Source of the DNA: Macrostomum lignano
Taxonomy: Eukaryota
Direction of reading: 5' to 3'
Assembly (NCBI GenBank): GCA_002269645.1
Contig: NIVC01000104.1
Location: 587,179-651,178 of the forward strand
Length of the DNA stretch: 64,000 nt
Positions 1-12,449 of this stretch are shown here, in pieces. Numbering within the stretch: position 1 is the stretch's first letter; every line of letters begins with the position of its first letter. The position numbers and the translations under genes were made by a program. The notes beneath the pieces were generated by a model. The model was not told the origin of the DNA and made no database searches. It saw only the letters and a list, made by a program, of their open reading frames with translations.

Positions 1-350
1 TCATGATATGAATCTGATGAATCTCATGATATGAATCTCATGAATCTCATGAGAGGAATCTCATGAACATCATGAGAGGAATCTCATGAACATGAATGAT
101 AGGAATCTCATGATAGGAATCTCATGAATCTCATAGATAGGAATCTCATGAACATCATGATAGGAATCTCATGAACTCATGATAGGTCTCATGATAGGAA
201 TCTCATGAATCTCATGATAGGAATCTCATGAACATCATGATAGGAATCTCATGATAGGAATCTCATGATCTCATGAATCTCATGATAGGAATCTCATGAC
301 ATCATGATAGGAATCTCTAGGAATAGATAATCTGATGAATCTCATAATCT
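1..350. repeat. Degenerate tandem repeat built from ATCTCATGA / ATAGGA units
   Basis: Irregular reiteration of GAATCTCATGATAG-like units from the window edge up to the last CFAP70 exon. Confidence 0.9.
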
Positions 351-3300
351 CATGTGGTCAATCTGCGGCTTCTTATCGGCGGCAGCGGCGGCGGCAGCTC
401 CGGTCGCAGCTTTGTCAGCCGGGGCTCCGGCGGCCTTCTTATCAGCCGCCTTGTCGCCCTTCTTGCCAGTCGGAGTGGCGCTGGCCCGGTACATGTAGTT
501 CACCGCGATCCGGCCCGCCTCCTCGCCCAGGCCGCTTTTGCGCTTGGTCTGGAAGGGGAACGATTGGTAAATGTACTATTGGATATTAAATACAAAAAAT
601 ATTGCTGCGATATTATGCGGAGGGTAGTGTTAGAGGGCAAAGACATGGTAAGAGTAGGTAGGAAGAAGACAGAATGATCTAGAGGGAAAAAAGGTGTTCG
701 AGAGGGAGAAGAAGGTTGATCTAGAGGCAGAAGACAGGGTGGAAAGAGAAGACAGGAGGATCCAGACAGAGAAGAGACGGTTATCTAGAGGGAGAAGACA
801 GGGTTATCTAGAGGGAAACGACAAGGTAATCTAGAGGGTGAAGACAGAGGGATCCAGACAGAGAAGACAGGGTGATATAGAGGGTGAAGACAGGGTGATA
901 TAGAGGGTGAAGACAGGGTGATATAGAGGGTGAAGACGGGGTGATCTAGAGGGTGAAGACACGGTTATCTAGAGGGTGAAGACAGGGTGATATAGAGGGT
1001 GAAGACGGGTGATATAGAGGGTGAAGACGGGGTGATAAAGAGGGTGAAGACGGGGTGATATAGAGGGTGAAGACGGGGTGATATAGAGGGTGAAGACGGG
1101 TGATATAGAGGGTGAAGACGGGGTGATCTAGAGGGTGAAGACGGGGTGATATAGAGGGTGAAGACAGGGTGATATAGAGGGTGAAGACGGGGTGATCTAG
1201 AGGGTGAAGACACGGTTATCTAGAGGGTGAAGACGGGGTGATATAGAGGGTGAAGACGGGGTGATATAGAGGGTGAAGACGGGTGATATAGAGGGTGAAG
1301 ACGGGTGATATAGAGGGTGAAGACGGGGTGATATAGAGGGTGAAGACGGGGTGATTAGAGGGTGAAGACGGGATGATATAGAGGGAGGAGATTTTTTCTA
1401 CGGAGGCCTGAGTGACTGAGGGAGAAGACTCAAATATTTTAGAGATGAAAAAGTCCCACAGATTGGGATTGAACAGTTTCCAGTACTCACCTTTTCGCAG
1501 TACTCGGACTCAATGTAGGGATAGACTCTGTAAGCGCCTCTGATTCGGGTCACTGAAGTGAGTTTTAAGTCTTTAGTCAGCAAGAATATTTTACAGTTAA
1601 TGACATCATCGCTGAGTGGAATGGTCACTCACCTCCAGGATACAGAAGAGGGGAGGCGTTCACGTAGGCAACGCCATGGAAACCAATGGAACCATCTTCC
1701 TCCACCTGTCAACATTTCAGGATAAAAAGATAAAAATAATGTTAATTTAAACTAGCATCCGCGTGCCTTTATGAAAAATAAATATAAAACTACAAACTAC
1801 ACTACTTGTAGTAGCAAACGCGAACAATTTGCTTTGCAATAACAAAAATCAAGTTTAAATCATTCATGCCGATAATTTTATTATATAAACTTATTTACTG
1901 CTTTCTTACGCCCTACTATAATGAATGAATTGAGACGGGAATTTTGTGTCTACTTTAAGTACAGTAGTAACAGATGCATTCACAGTTAACTGACTCGTAT
2001 ATACACAGTAATCTAATATTTATATTTTACATGTGAGTATGAGTTGTTTAACAGCTTTGAAAGTTAACACTAAAAATTGTGAAAACATTGGAAATACAAT
2101 AGATATGTTGGTGAACCGACAGCCTTTAAAAAACTTTTTTACGAGCGTATGTTGTGATGTGACTTCGTTATTTTCGATTGTGAAAAACATGGATAATAAA
2201 TAAATATCAGTAAATTCTATTTGAACTATATGACACTAAGAGCAATCCTTTGTACTTTAATTAGTGAATCAGTTTTTGTTCTGAAATCCATTCACTGACT
2301 CACCGTACACTGACTGATTCTATTTACACTGATTGGCTAAGTTAACACTCTCCCTGCTAGACAATGTACACTGACTGATTCTATGTACACTGATTGGTTA
2401 AGCTACCACTCTCCCTGCTATACACTGTACACTGATTCTATGTACACTGATTGGCTAAGTTAACACTCTCCCTGCTAGACAATGTACACTGATTCTATGT
2501 ACACTGATTGGCTAAGTTACCACTCTCCCTGCTAGACAATGTACACTGATTCTATGTACACTGATTGGCTAAGTTAACACTCTCCCTGCTAGACAATGTA
2601 CACTGACTGATTCTATGTACACTGATTGGCTAAGTTACCACTCTCCCTGCTAGACAATGTACACTGATTCTATGTACACTGATTGGCTAAGTTACCACTC
2701 TCCCTGCTAGACAATGTACACTGATTCTATGCGTACACTGGTTGATTGAACTACCACTCTCCCTACCATCCAAGCCCTGCTGAACACTAATAATGTACAC
2801 TGGTTGAATAGACAGAAGTCTATCCACTGCCATTTCGATAACCTAACATCGATTAATTATTACTTTCATGACTCTTAAAGCCCTCAAGGCCTTACTAACG
2901 TACGCTCGTATGCACACTACACTTTTTCGCCATGAAAAACCTAAACTCGCATCACCAAACCAATATTGCACGCAATAATTACTATTTAAAATAACAAGTA
3001 GCGTGTGACGTATGCGTGAAATAGTTAGAAAAAAACCAACGGAGAGTTTATACATTATCATCCTCGTTTACTGGCGGTGGCGGCGCCATTTGCGCCATGG
3101 ACTGGCGGTGCTTTGCCAGTCCGCCACCGCCAGTCTTGCCGTGATGGTGAGTCTTCTCGTCCGGAGCGTCCTATATTTATCATTAATTTGAAACAAAAAA
3201 TCACGCATCTTATAAAAAACACTATATAGTCAATTTTGGCTGCGCCAGCTTAAAAATAACAAAAAACTCACACATTGCTACTGGCATTGATTAAAGTAGC

Positions 3301-6300
3301 ATCAATCGAGTCCGTAATAATTACGCGCGTTCAAGAATCGTCAAAATTTCTAAGCGATTGGAACGCCGATTTCGCTGAATTTTAAACTTAATTATTGGCT
3401 TTGAAAGCTGCAGCTGAACTCTTTTGCACCTGTGGATGATGGGACTACTTAAGTAAGGATTATAAGCAAAAAAACTCGATTACACTTTTGTCTGACAGGG
3501 CCGCCAGACTCTCCGTAGATGCGCTGTGAAGCAATCTCGATTGAGCTCGCACCGTCAGTTGCTGTTTTCCTCCCATCTTTTAGTGTACCGAAAATAGTTA
3601 TGATATTACTTTTTCTAGACACTCTGTGCTACTATGAGTAGGGCATTTTGCATTTCAAGGAAATGGTCTAAACATTTTGAATTGATAACTTAATTAAGCG
3701 ATTATGAAAAGAAACAAATTGAGAATGCACTTTGTCCTAGACGCAAATAGTTCCTGACGAAATAAATGAAGCAAACATAAAAAGCAAAGCTGAAGGAAAA
3801 CTGATTTCTTGTCGAATTCATTTCCTGTATACTACTCAACAGTAGGACAAATACAAACAATGCGACCAAGGGCAGTATAAACAGAGAGCAGTTGCAAACA
3901 AAAACAATTAAACTACTACAGGCGAACTTAATTATGCATTCGCCATCAATTTAGTTACCTTAGAGGGCTGCAAAGGGAACGGGTGAACAGTATGCTGTAT
4001 TCAAACTGCCTAGTAGATGGCTTAAAAAACAGTGCTAAACCAGTTTTACAAGCTGTTTATTGGTTTACCTTCTTTCCGCGCCCACCGGTGCCCTGGTTTA
4101 AGCGGAAAATCTCAACGGGCCAAACTCTGGTGCGCGCAATTCGATCCTGGATTCTGTTTGAGATTTGGTTTGATGAGGAATCAATTCAAGCAAAAAGCAT
4201 GGATTTTGATTAAATTAGCTAAAACACAAAAGCAATAAAACTCCATGACTCGCTAAGCTAGCCAGAGAACGCCCAGCCCAGGGCAATAAAACCACAAGAC
4301 TCGCTAAGCTAGCCAGAGAACGCCCAGCCCAGGGCAATAAAACCACATGACTTGCTAAGCTAGCCAGAGAACGCCCAGCCTAGGGCAATAAAACTCCATG
4401 ACTCGCTAAACTAGCCAGAGCATCCCCCAGCCCAGGGCAATAAAACTACATGACTCGCTAAGCTAGCCAGAGAACGCCCAGCCCAAGGGCAATAAAACCA
4501 CATGACTCGCTAAGCTAGCCAGAGAACGCCCAGCCCAAGGGCAATAAAACCAAATGACTCGCTAAGCTAGCCAGAGAAATTTTTAGCCCTCGGGAAATAA
4601 AACTTCACGTGACTCAGCCAGAAGACCCAGGGCAAATAACCTGTAGATTATTCTAGAAAAATTAAAACTCACGGTTGCTAAACCGTTAAAGCAAAATTAC
4701 TCACACTTTAAGACCATCCTGACCAACGAAACAGTTCTTAGTCGTATTCCAAGTGACTCTCGGTTTCTCGCTCTCAGCTGCGTGTCGGAATTCGCGTTCC
4801 TCAGGCGAGCGCAGGTCGCCGTCTTCGTCTTCGACGGCATCGGCGCCGATCTCCTGGTCGGGCATGTACACCGCCTGGCCCTGCGCCGAGCCCGGCAAGT
4901 ACCAGCGACGTCGACGACTTGGCGGCTCCTTATCCGGCGTTGCTTTGGCGTTGCCGTTGATGAACACAAGCGGCAGGTCCCGATCTGGCGCGTATGGCAT
5001 CGCCGTAGCCGCAACGTAGCCGCCCTGCGGCCCGCTAGGACTGAACGAGTCCGGCGGCGAGTACAAAGACTCCACTGTGACGCCGACCAAGTTGGTCTCC
5101 TGTTGGAGGGCTTCGCCAATGAGCGGCTGGTCGATGGTTAGGAGAACGTCCAGCTCAGGTTTTGGTGAATCAGCTGGCAGCGACTCGAGCGGTGAGCCGG
5201 GTATGGCGTTGATCTGCATGAGATAAAAGATTGGTTGGCGGCTTTGTGCAATCGTACTTCTTGGGCCTCAAAGGATAGAAGTTGAGTTGGCGGCCGCATA
5301 AACTTCATAAACTGGAGAAGGGGGTTGCGGCCCCATAAACTGGAGGAGGGGTTGCGTCCCCATAAACTGGAGGAGGGGGTTGTGGCTTCATAAACTGGAG
5401 GAGAAGGTTGTGGCTTCATAAACTGGAGGAGGGGGGTTGCGTCCCCATAAACTGGAGGAGGGGGTTGCGGCCTCATAAACTGGAGGAGGGGTTGCGTCCC
5501 CATAAACTGGAGGAGGGGGTTGTGGCTTCATAAACTGGAGGAGAAGGTTGTGGCTTCATAAACTGGAGGAGGGGGGTTGCGTCCCATAAACTGGAGGAGG
5601 GGGTTGCGGCCTCATAAACTGGAGGAGGGGGTAGCGGCCTCATAAACTGGAGAAAGTGGTTGCGGCCCCATGAACGTGGTTGAGGGGTGCGACCCCAAAA
5701 AGATTACAGAATGAATAATTCCAACTGTAGATAAGCTAAATGGCAACCGTCCAACTCTTAGTAAAGTGATAAGGACATGTATTGTAAGCCAAATTGAATG
5801 TAAAATATTTTACCTGCAGTGTGCAGCTGTGTCTGGTCGCACCCCGCACCATGGGCAGCAGATCGAAGGAAACCTGTCCGAGCGGTACAGTCTTCTCGTC
5901 CTTCTGCTTTTTCTCCTTTGGCAGAACCTCGGTGACGGTGCAAAGCACCGGCTTGTAGCAAATCTCGTCAAGAAATTGGACGTCGTCAACAGAACAGGGC
6001 AGTTTCACCTGGAAATTGTACTCAGCCTCGGCGTCCGGGCTGCACTCCATCTTGGGCGACTCGCCCAGCACCTTCTCGGCGAATTCCACCTTCAGGGTTG
6101 AGCTCACAAGGTCGCCTTTGGTGCCGCGCTGTTGTGTTGGGATTTTAGTTGGGATTTCGGTTGGATTTCGGTTGGGATTTCGGTTGGGATTTCCATTGGG
6201 TATTGAGTATTTTTTATGTTTCCTCCATTTTCAAAAATAAACTGAAAATTTATGGATTAAAACAGTTTTTTTTCTGGTAGAATCCTGATTGTTAATTAAA

Positions 6301-6354
6301 AACTCTTACCAGATTTCGAATGCGCAGAAAGTTGATCACCAACGAGTCACTCAT
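342..6354 (-). CDS. CFAP70: Cilia- and flagella-associated protein 70 (CFAP70/TTC18), N-terminal part, 7 exons
   Basis: Phase-consistent exons with GT donors and AG acceptors: 6354-6310, 6128-5814, 5213-4705, 4153-4069, 1705-1633, 1552-1491, then 548 to about 342. The last exon has no clear GT donor. The translation contains KPVLCTVTEVLPKEKKQKDEKT, RVWPVEI, FHGVAYVNASPLLYPG and RIRGAYRVYPY, matching recalled CFAP70 motifs (KPVFLTVTEVLPKEKKQKEEKT, LWPVEI, FHGVAYVNMVPLLYPG, RIRGAFHVYPY) in the same order. Confidence 0.9.
870..1385. repeat. About 22-23-bp minisatellite (GAGGGTGAAGACGGGGTGATATA) in CFAP70 intron 6
   Basis: More than 20 tandem units, with a degenerate extension down to about 680. 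Confidence 0.9.
2300..2780. repeat. About 55-bp minisatellite (TACACTGATTCTATGTACACTGATTGGCTAAGTTACCACTCTCCCTGCTAGACAATG)
   Basis: About 8 tandem units inside CFAP70 intron 4. Confidence 0.9.
4235..4600. repeat. About 52-bp minisatellite (GCAATAAAACCACATGACTCGCTAAGCTAGCCAGAGAACGCCCAGCCCAGG)
   Basis: About 7 tandem units inside CFAP70 intron 3. Confidence 0.9.
5300..5680. repeat. About 29-bp minisatellite (CATAAACTGGAGGAGGGGGTTGCGGCCT)
   Basis: About 13 tandem units inside CFAP70 intron 2. Confidence 0.9.
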
Positions 6355-7968
6355 TCTTCCAGTTCCGCCTCCTTCAGTCATTGTTCAAATTTCAGTTCAA
6401 TATAGTTGTTTGTTTTGAATAGCTTGTTTGATTAAGTAAACGACATGAATAAGAAAGGTGGCTATAAATCGGAACAACATTTCTAGATCGTAATTTAAGA
6501 AATAAAAGTTTATATGACTTTATTTGTTAATATCACTAGAAAAGTTGCTTGTTAATCAATTACTTAGGCTTGTCTCCTTGTAGGCAGTTAGACTATAAAT
6601 AATTCGATAATTCTACTACTTACACTTGTAATAAGGATGTAAACACTAATAGCAATATTATGATTTGTTAAAATTTTGAAAACTGCTAAATTGTCAAATG
6701 CGAGAGACTAAATCATTATCAATAATATGATTCATATATAAAAGACTTTCTAAAATCACATAAACTAATCCAAGGTTATCATCTAGGATAAATTTTTTAA
6801 TGCAAAAGTAAATAATGATTTTAAACTAAAAAAGAAATTAATTATGTTTAAATTTAAAAAGAAATCATAAAATGCCATTGCTTTCCAAAATAAAATTTAT
6901 TCCGTTTAATTCATGCCTTGTTTTAATTGTTGCACTTGTGCTTATGTTATAAATAGTGCTAATTTGGAGGGCATTTCACATAAAAAGGTCTATATAGTAT
7001 AATGCAATCCTCGGGATAAAAAAGCTGGACTTTTTGTGGATAAGACTATATATAATTACATATCAAAGTATTTTTTGTATAGGGTAAAAAAACAATAAAA
7101 GGGTGAATAAGTTGTGCCAATAAATAACATAAGATTATGTTTACTACTACGATTAGATTAGTATTGTAGCAAAATTAAATTAAAATTTTGTTTTTACAGC
7201 AAATTGTATGGTGAATGTGACTACTTCGCCACCACTTGCTTCCTCCTTTTAATACCATCGTCGAAGTCGAAGGAACTAAAAATTTTAATTTCGAAGTAAA
7301 TTTTTTTCGAAAACTTTGAGCGTGAAACTAACTAAAAGACTCGTAAATTAACAACAGCGCAAAAAATTCTATAGCTGACAGTATTAAGTAGTAAGCTGAA
7401 AAGTGAAAAGTAAAATGAATAACAGAATAAGTCATGGAGAGAGAAATAACCATGAATCTTCACTTAACTTAAGTAAAAGTATCAATATTGTATGCTCATG
7501 TATTAGTTTTATGTGCTGCAAGGGTTTTCAATCATTTATTTCAATAGGTACTGAATCCTGAAAACGGCTCATGCCTTCCTTCCCTGTCAAATGAACTACG
7601 TTTTATGGAGTGCGTGCTTCACAAATATGAATCAAATCTTGTCCGTTTAAAAAAGAGTATTTTATTATAGAAACATAAATCTTAGTAATAATATTTGTAC
7701 TCTACAATTAACTTTGTTATAGAAAACCTTTGAAACTGTTTTTTAGCAGTTTAATCGATTGTTTGTCTTTTGTTTTTTTCCTCAAGTTTAAACTTGTTAT
7801 ATTTGCTAATGTATAGCCATCATTTTTAACTTAGTTAATAACAATGTTTTTCTTAAGGACCCTGTGCTGTGGGGTGGCGAATGTATATTAGCAGTGGGTT
7901 GCGAGTTACTTAAATAAAAGTGAGTTACTTTTATTTTTTACAAAGTTTAACGCCTTAGAACAACGGTC

Positions 7969-9309
7969 ATGAAACTACTTGCCTTCTGCTCTTCTGTGCT
8001 GATTTTTCGCTGCGCACTTGCACTAGAAGAAATCACAATTTCTGAAGGCATGGTGAAAGCTGCACAACAAGAGGAAGACCAAAAGACCCACAAAGCAACT
8101 AAGTCGAAGTGTACATTTTTTGGTATGTCATTTTGTTTGTATTTATTAATGAGTTTTTTTTAAATAGATGTCTTGGATAGGTGGTGTAGCCAAGGGGGAA
8201 CTAAAGATTATGTCCCTCCTAGAAGGGACTTTTTTCTGACTTAAGCTAATTGTATTTTGCTCACATCACAGAGATGGATTTATGTCTCTGCCCCCCTCCC
8301 CCCTGACGTGAATCCTGGCTATGCACCTGGTCTTGGATATTGTTTGACTTAGTCAAGTAATGACATTTAAATGGGTCATTGTATAATTTGTTGCATTTTG
8401 TTTGAAGACACTCAATTTTTTAAATGATAGATGGGTGCAGATTGACTAACATTGTACATTTAAAGACGCATAACTACAGTTTTTTATAGATAATCCAAAT
8501 ATACTAAATTAGATACTAATTTTAAGCTGTAGTTATTACCTACTACAACTTATAACTTGATACACTGAAAGTAGTCATAAATCTTTATAAGTTTAATATA
8601 TGGTTTTAACTTATTCTCCTTTCCTAGCTGGCACCAGGTACTCAGTACCGGAGAGCAGCCTGGTGAACTGCTACTGGTACAACCGCAATGCCTGCTGCAA
8701 ACGCATTGAAGTCACATCTGTCTTCAGCTCACTGCTGTCAAAGTTGGAGGGCCAGAGTAGACGGTGTTACGATATGCTGCGCTACCTGCTGTGCTACTTT
8801 TGTAGTCCAGAGCAGCACTTTTGGTTCAGGGATAAGTAAGTAAATGCTCCATTATTATTCTTTTTCCTAACAGGCTTTTGCTTCTGTAACAATGATGTTC
8901 AAACTTCTATCATCGTGAAAAGTTTATTGAATTCCCAGCAAAGTATTCGTCTGCAAGTCATTCTGCGATGACATCTACAGTCACTGTCGATCGGCTGTCA
9001 TGAACGGGTTGGAATTTGGTGAGTGCGAGTGAGGGGTCTTCGCACCATTTAGCTAAAACCTCTTATACATGTACACACGATAACTCATTATTTATACTTA
9101 TTAATACATGTACTTATATTACTGCAGGGAAAGCCTTCAAGAATGGGGAAGATTTCTGCCGAGGCAACAATTTCGCCGTTCAAGAAGACAACGTGGCCTG
9201 TTTCGCATTTGATCCAACGCAATTCGATGGCGCGGCTTCTCTAAGACCCTGGCTACCGCTGCTGCTACTGGCTGCTGTCTGCATCATCGTTGTGCAATTA
9301 ACTATGTAA
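7969..9309 (+). CDS. Secreted, GPI-anchored folate-receptor-like (Folate_rec / NPC1-NTD-like) cysteine-rich protein, 4 exons
   Basis: Exons 7969-8122, 8628-8835, 8939-9018 and 9128-9309, all GT-AG and phase-consistent. N-terminal signal peptide (MKLLAFCSSVLIFRCALA). The Cys pattern C-x-W-Y-x3-A-CC ... C-x-F-C-S-P ... C-x-S-F-C-D-x5-C is typical of the folate-receptor fold. Hydrophobic C-terminus (LPLLLLAAVCIIVVQLTM). Confidence 0.8.
8178..8329. mobile_element. 152-bp hAT-type MITE in intron 1 of the folate-receptor-like gene
   Basis: Imperfect TIRs (TAGGTGGTGTAGCCAAG and CCTGGCTATGCACCTG) flanked by an 8-bp direct repeat GTCTTGGA at 8170-8177 and 8330-8337. Confidence 0.75.
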
Positions 9310-9874
9310 TTTGTTGTGTAATTACATGCACAGTAATTTACAATTGCATAATGTCCAGTTGTAGAATTGTGCTGATTTCTTTCATTGACAAGCTTTGATA
9401 GAAAGTACATATGTACTAGAAATTATTATTTCAAGAATCAATTACAGATATTATCGGGATTTCCTGCTTCTATTTTTAGCAACATTCGATATTTAGTACA
9501 CAAGGATTTTCATTTTTAATTCCTTATCTAGTCTGAACCGATCGTGATCGATATATAATTGTTAATTAACTTTCACTGTTCATTTGTACACTTTCCAAGC
9601 AATCTCTTTACCGTGATATTTTTCTTCAATTTAATTTTTGCAATCTATAAATTAATTATGTGTTGTTTTTACCTCTTCTACATGTACTTGTATTTGGCAT
9701 ACGAGTAGGAGTCTATATCAAATAACCAGGAACCTTGGACCTTAGTGCAAATTTTTTAATTTTATAACTCCACTTCTTCTTAAGTTTACATCATAGACAG
9801 AAATTGCAATCGTGTATGAAACTGCTGCCTGTTTATTGATTCGTGTTTTTAGTAGTAGTTTTTTCCCAGTAAAA

Positions 9875-10470
9875 TTAGCGACACAATTTTTCCTAGTTAA
9901 GATATTGATCTGTTAGCATTTTTAAAAGTTTTTTACAAACGCAAACAACACATTTTCACGTAGCTTACTGCGCTCCACAGCTTTAAAACTTTGTCATGCA
10001 AAATTTCAATTCCGAATTATTTGCTTTTTCACCAGTGTAGTTACCAGCTGTTAAAGCTTTGAATAATATCGATGCATAAAACTGCACTATAGAATACACT
10101 GAACTCCGAACTTAACCATCAGCGAAAGTTACAATCATTGAATCATACGTACTGGAAGATGAAGTCATATTGGGAATTTTTTCAGCTGCAAGTTGCAACT
10201 AATAAAGACGCAGACCACAAACTGAGGTTAGGAGCAAAGATTTTTGAATTTCACTATGACATCTTAGCAATTTCGGACACCGGCTAATCCTGGCTAAGAC
10301 GGTGCTGAGAGCATGTAATAAATGCTTGCTGTATTAATTATTAAACACAGTGGATGTTGACAGATATTAGACAGTACAGCCTACACTTGTCTGTCGGGTT
10401 GGGTTTGATGGGTTGGGTGGCCCTTCAAAGGGCCGTTTTAAAAGCAAAGTTTAAACTAGTTCATTTTATG
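9875..10470. repeat. About 600-bp block, copy A of a local direct duplication (copy B at about 11410-12070)
   Basis: Long colinear identity with 11410-12070, e.g. AAACGCAAACAACACATTTTCACGTAGCTTAC and GACGCAGACCACAAACTGAGGTTA. Each copy carries a histone-type stem-loop at its right end. Confidence 0.9.
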
Positions 10471-10489
10471 AAATTTACACTGAGACCAT

Positions 10490-11371
10490 GGGCCCGTGCT
10501 ATAGAATACTCTTAACTCCTAAATCCTTATGAGTGTCCTAACTCCTAGCTCCCAGCTGGCTTTTCTGTGCTATAGAATCAAGAGTAAATTTTAAGAGCTA
10601 GGAGGCTCCTTAAGGACGTTAGGAGACTCCTGGGTGAATTTAAGAGAACTCATTAAGTTCCGTGGCATGCTATAGAATTAGGAGAGGAAGTCTAGGAATT
10701 GGCTTTTAGGAGTGATTCTAGGAGCGTGTGTGTGTCCTATAGAGTGAGAAAATTTCGCTCCAAACTCTTGACTCCTAAGCAAGAGTTCAAGGGCCAATTT
10801 TCACTCTTAGACAAGCTGGGATTATAATGTTTCGGACAGCGAATCGGATTCTGATGAGGAAGGAGTCAATGATAGACGCCGTCGACAATTTAAGGCAAGA
10901 ATAAATGTTTTTGAAGAAGATCCAGCCGAGAGTGTTATGCGTTTTTGACTCAACGAGATCCAGCTTTCAAGCCTAACAGATAGAATTCGACACAGAATCG
11001 AACATCCAACACGGTGCACATAGCAATTCTTCGCATTTAGTTCTGGTTCTACTAAACGCACCAAAGAGAACCTCTTTGCGTGCAGCGACAGCTCTCACAA
11101 ATGATATTTTTTGAGCAATTTTCATCTTCACTCCTGAGATTCAATCCTTAAGGAGCGTAAAGTTAGGATTGTGATATAGCACACAATTCTCTATCATCCT
11201 TAAACGATTGCGCAACACTCCTTGAACACACACCCCACTCCTAGGCTGCACTCCTTGCAAGAACTCCTAGCTCCTAAGTCTTAACTCCTGAAATCTATAG
11301 CACACAAAATTCAATCACTCCTTGTCAAGAGTAGTCTTGAGTCCTAGCTCCTGATTCTATAGCACGGGCCC
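10490..11371 (+). mobile_element. Internally deleted PIF/Harbinger DNA transposon with decayed transposase fragment
   Basis: Perfect 18-bp TIR GGGCCCGTGCTATAGAAT / ATTCTATAGCACGGGCCC and a 3-bp TSD CAT on both sides. The plus-strand frame at about 10825-11020 reads RRRRQFKARINVFEEDPAESVMRF*LNEIQLSSLTDRIRHRIEHPTR, resembling the N-terminus of Harbinger (HARBI1-like) transposases, with in-frame stops. Confidence 0.8.
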
Positions 11372-11409
11372 CATAAGACGTTCGCCCGGGGCAAGTGGGG
11401 GATACAATT

Positions 11410-12070
11410 AGCTAGCGACAATTTTTCCAAGTTAAGATATTGATCTGTAAGCATTTTTAAGTTTTTTACAAACGCAAACAACACATTTTCACGTAGCTTA
11501 CTACGTTCCACAGCTTTAAAACTTTGTCATGCAAAATTTCAATTCTGAATTATTTGCTTTTTCACCAGTGTAATTACCAGCTGTTAAAGCTTTGAATAAT
11601 ATGGATGCATAAAACTGCACTATAGAATACACTGAACTCCGAACTTAACCATCACTGAAAGTTACAACCATTGAATCATACTTGCTGGAAGATGAAGTCA
11701 TTTTGGGATTTTTTTGCGAAACTTGTTGCGCGTTTAAATTGACTAACAAATTTCTTAACTTACTTCTATTATCTCAGACTCAAATGCAAGACTGAGACGA
11801 AGTCGAAGAGCTGCAAGTTGCAACCAATTTAAGACGCAGACCACAAACTGAGGTTAAGAGCAAAGATCTTTAAAATTCACTTAGACATCTTAGCAATTTC
11901 GGACACCGCTAATCCTGGTTAAGACGGTGCTGAGAGCATGTAATAAATGCTGGCTGTATTAATTAGATATCAACATATATCAGACAGTACAGCCTACATG
12001 GTTGGTTGGTAGCCCTTTAAAGGGCCGTTTTAAAAGCAAATCTGAAAGCTAGTTTAAACTAGTTAATTTT
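11410..12070. repeat. Copy B of the local direct duplication
   Basis: Colinear with 9875-10470, with an extra insertion of roughly 90 bp near 11715-11805. Confidence 0.9.
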
Positions 12071-12368
12071 ATTTGTGCATTTTTTAATTGCTTACTGGAT
12101 GCATAGGTATTTATTAGGTATGTAACCTTACTAACCGTTTGCTATTGCAATGTTGCATTGCTAGACCACAATTAGGCCTAGGGCTAAAAATGTAAAGGAA
12201 GATTTAGTGCGAAAGTGATGAAGTGAAGTCAGTACTCATTATATTAGGCCTATACAAAATGTACCAGCGTTGGTGTATAATTACATATGCTATCCATAAC
12301 GAGATTTTAACTATTGTTTTGATTGACGTCTGGATTTACAAGACGATCGCGCATCTTTTGGATTTGGT

Positions 12369-12384
12369 GGCCCTGAAAAGGGCC
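12369..12384 (-). terminator. Histone mRNA 3' stem-loop of H2B
   Basis: Minus strand reads AAAAC-GGCCCT-TTTC-AGGGCC-ACCAAA, matching the metazoan SLBP-binding consensus, about 65 nt after the H2B stop. A purine-rich CAAAAGA (HDE-like) follows. Confidence 0.9.
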
Positions 12385-12449
12385 GTTTTAGCGTTCTAGT
12401 CTAAAGTTACAGCTGCGCGGCCGAGTGTAGAGTGACGTTGACAGTCACT

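Noticed and set aside
3440-3600. TATDGAS motif suggesting a hAT transposase fragment
   Set aside because: The similarity is limited to a few residues, the frame closes quickly, and no TIR or TSD was found.
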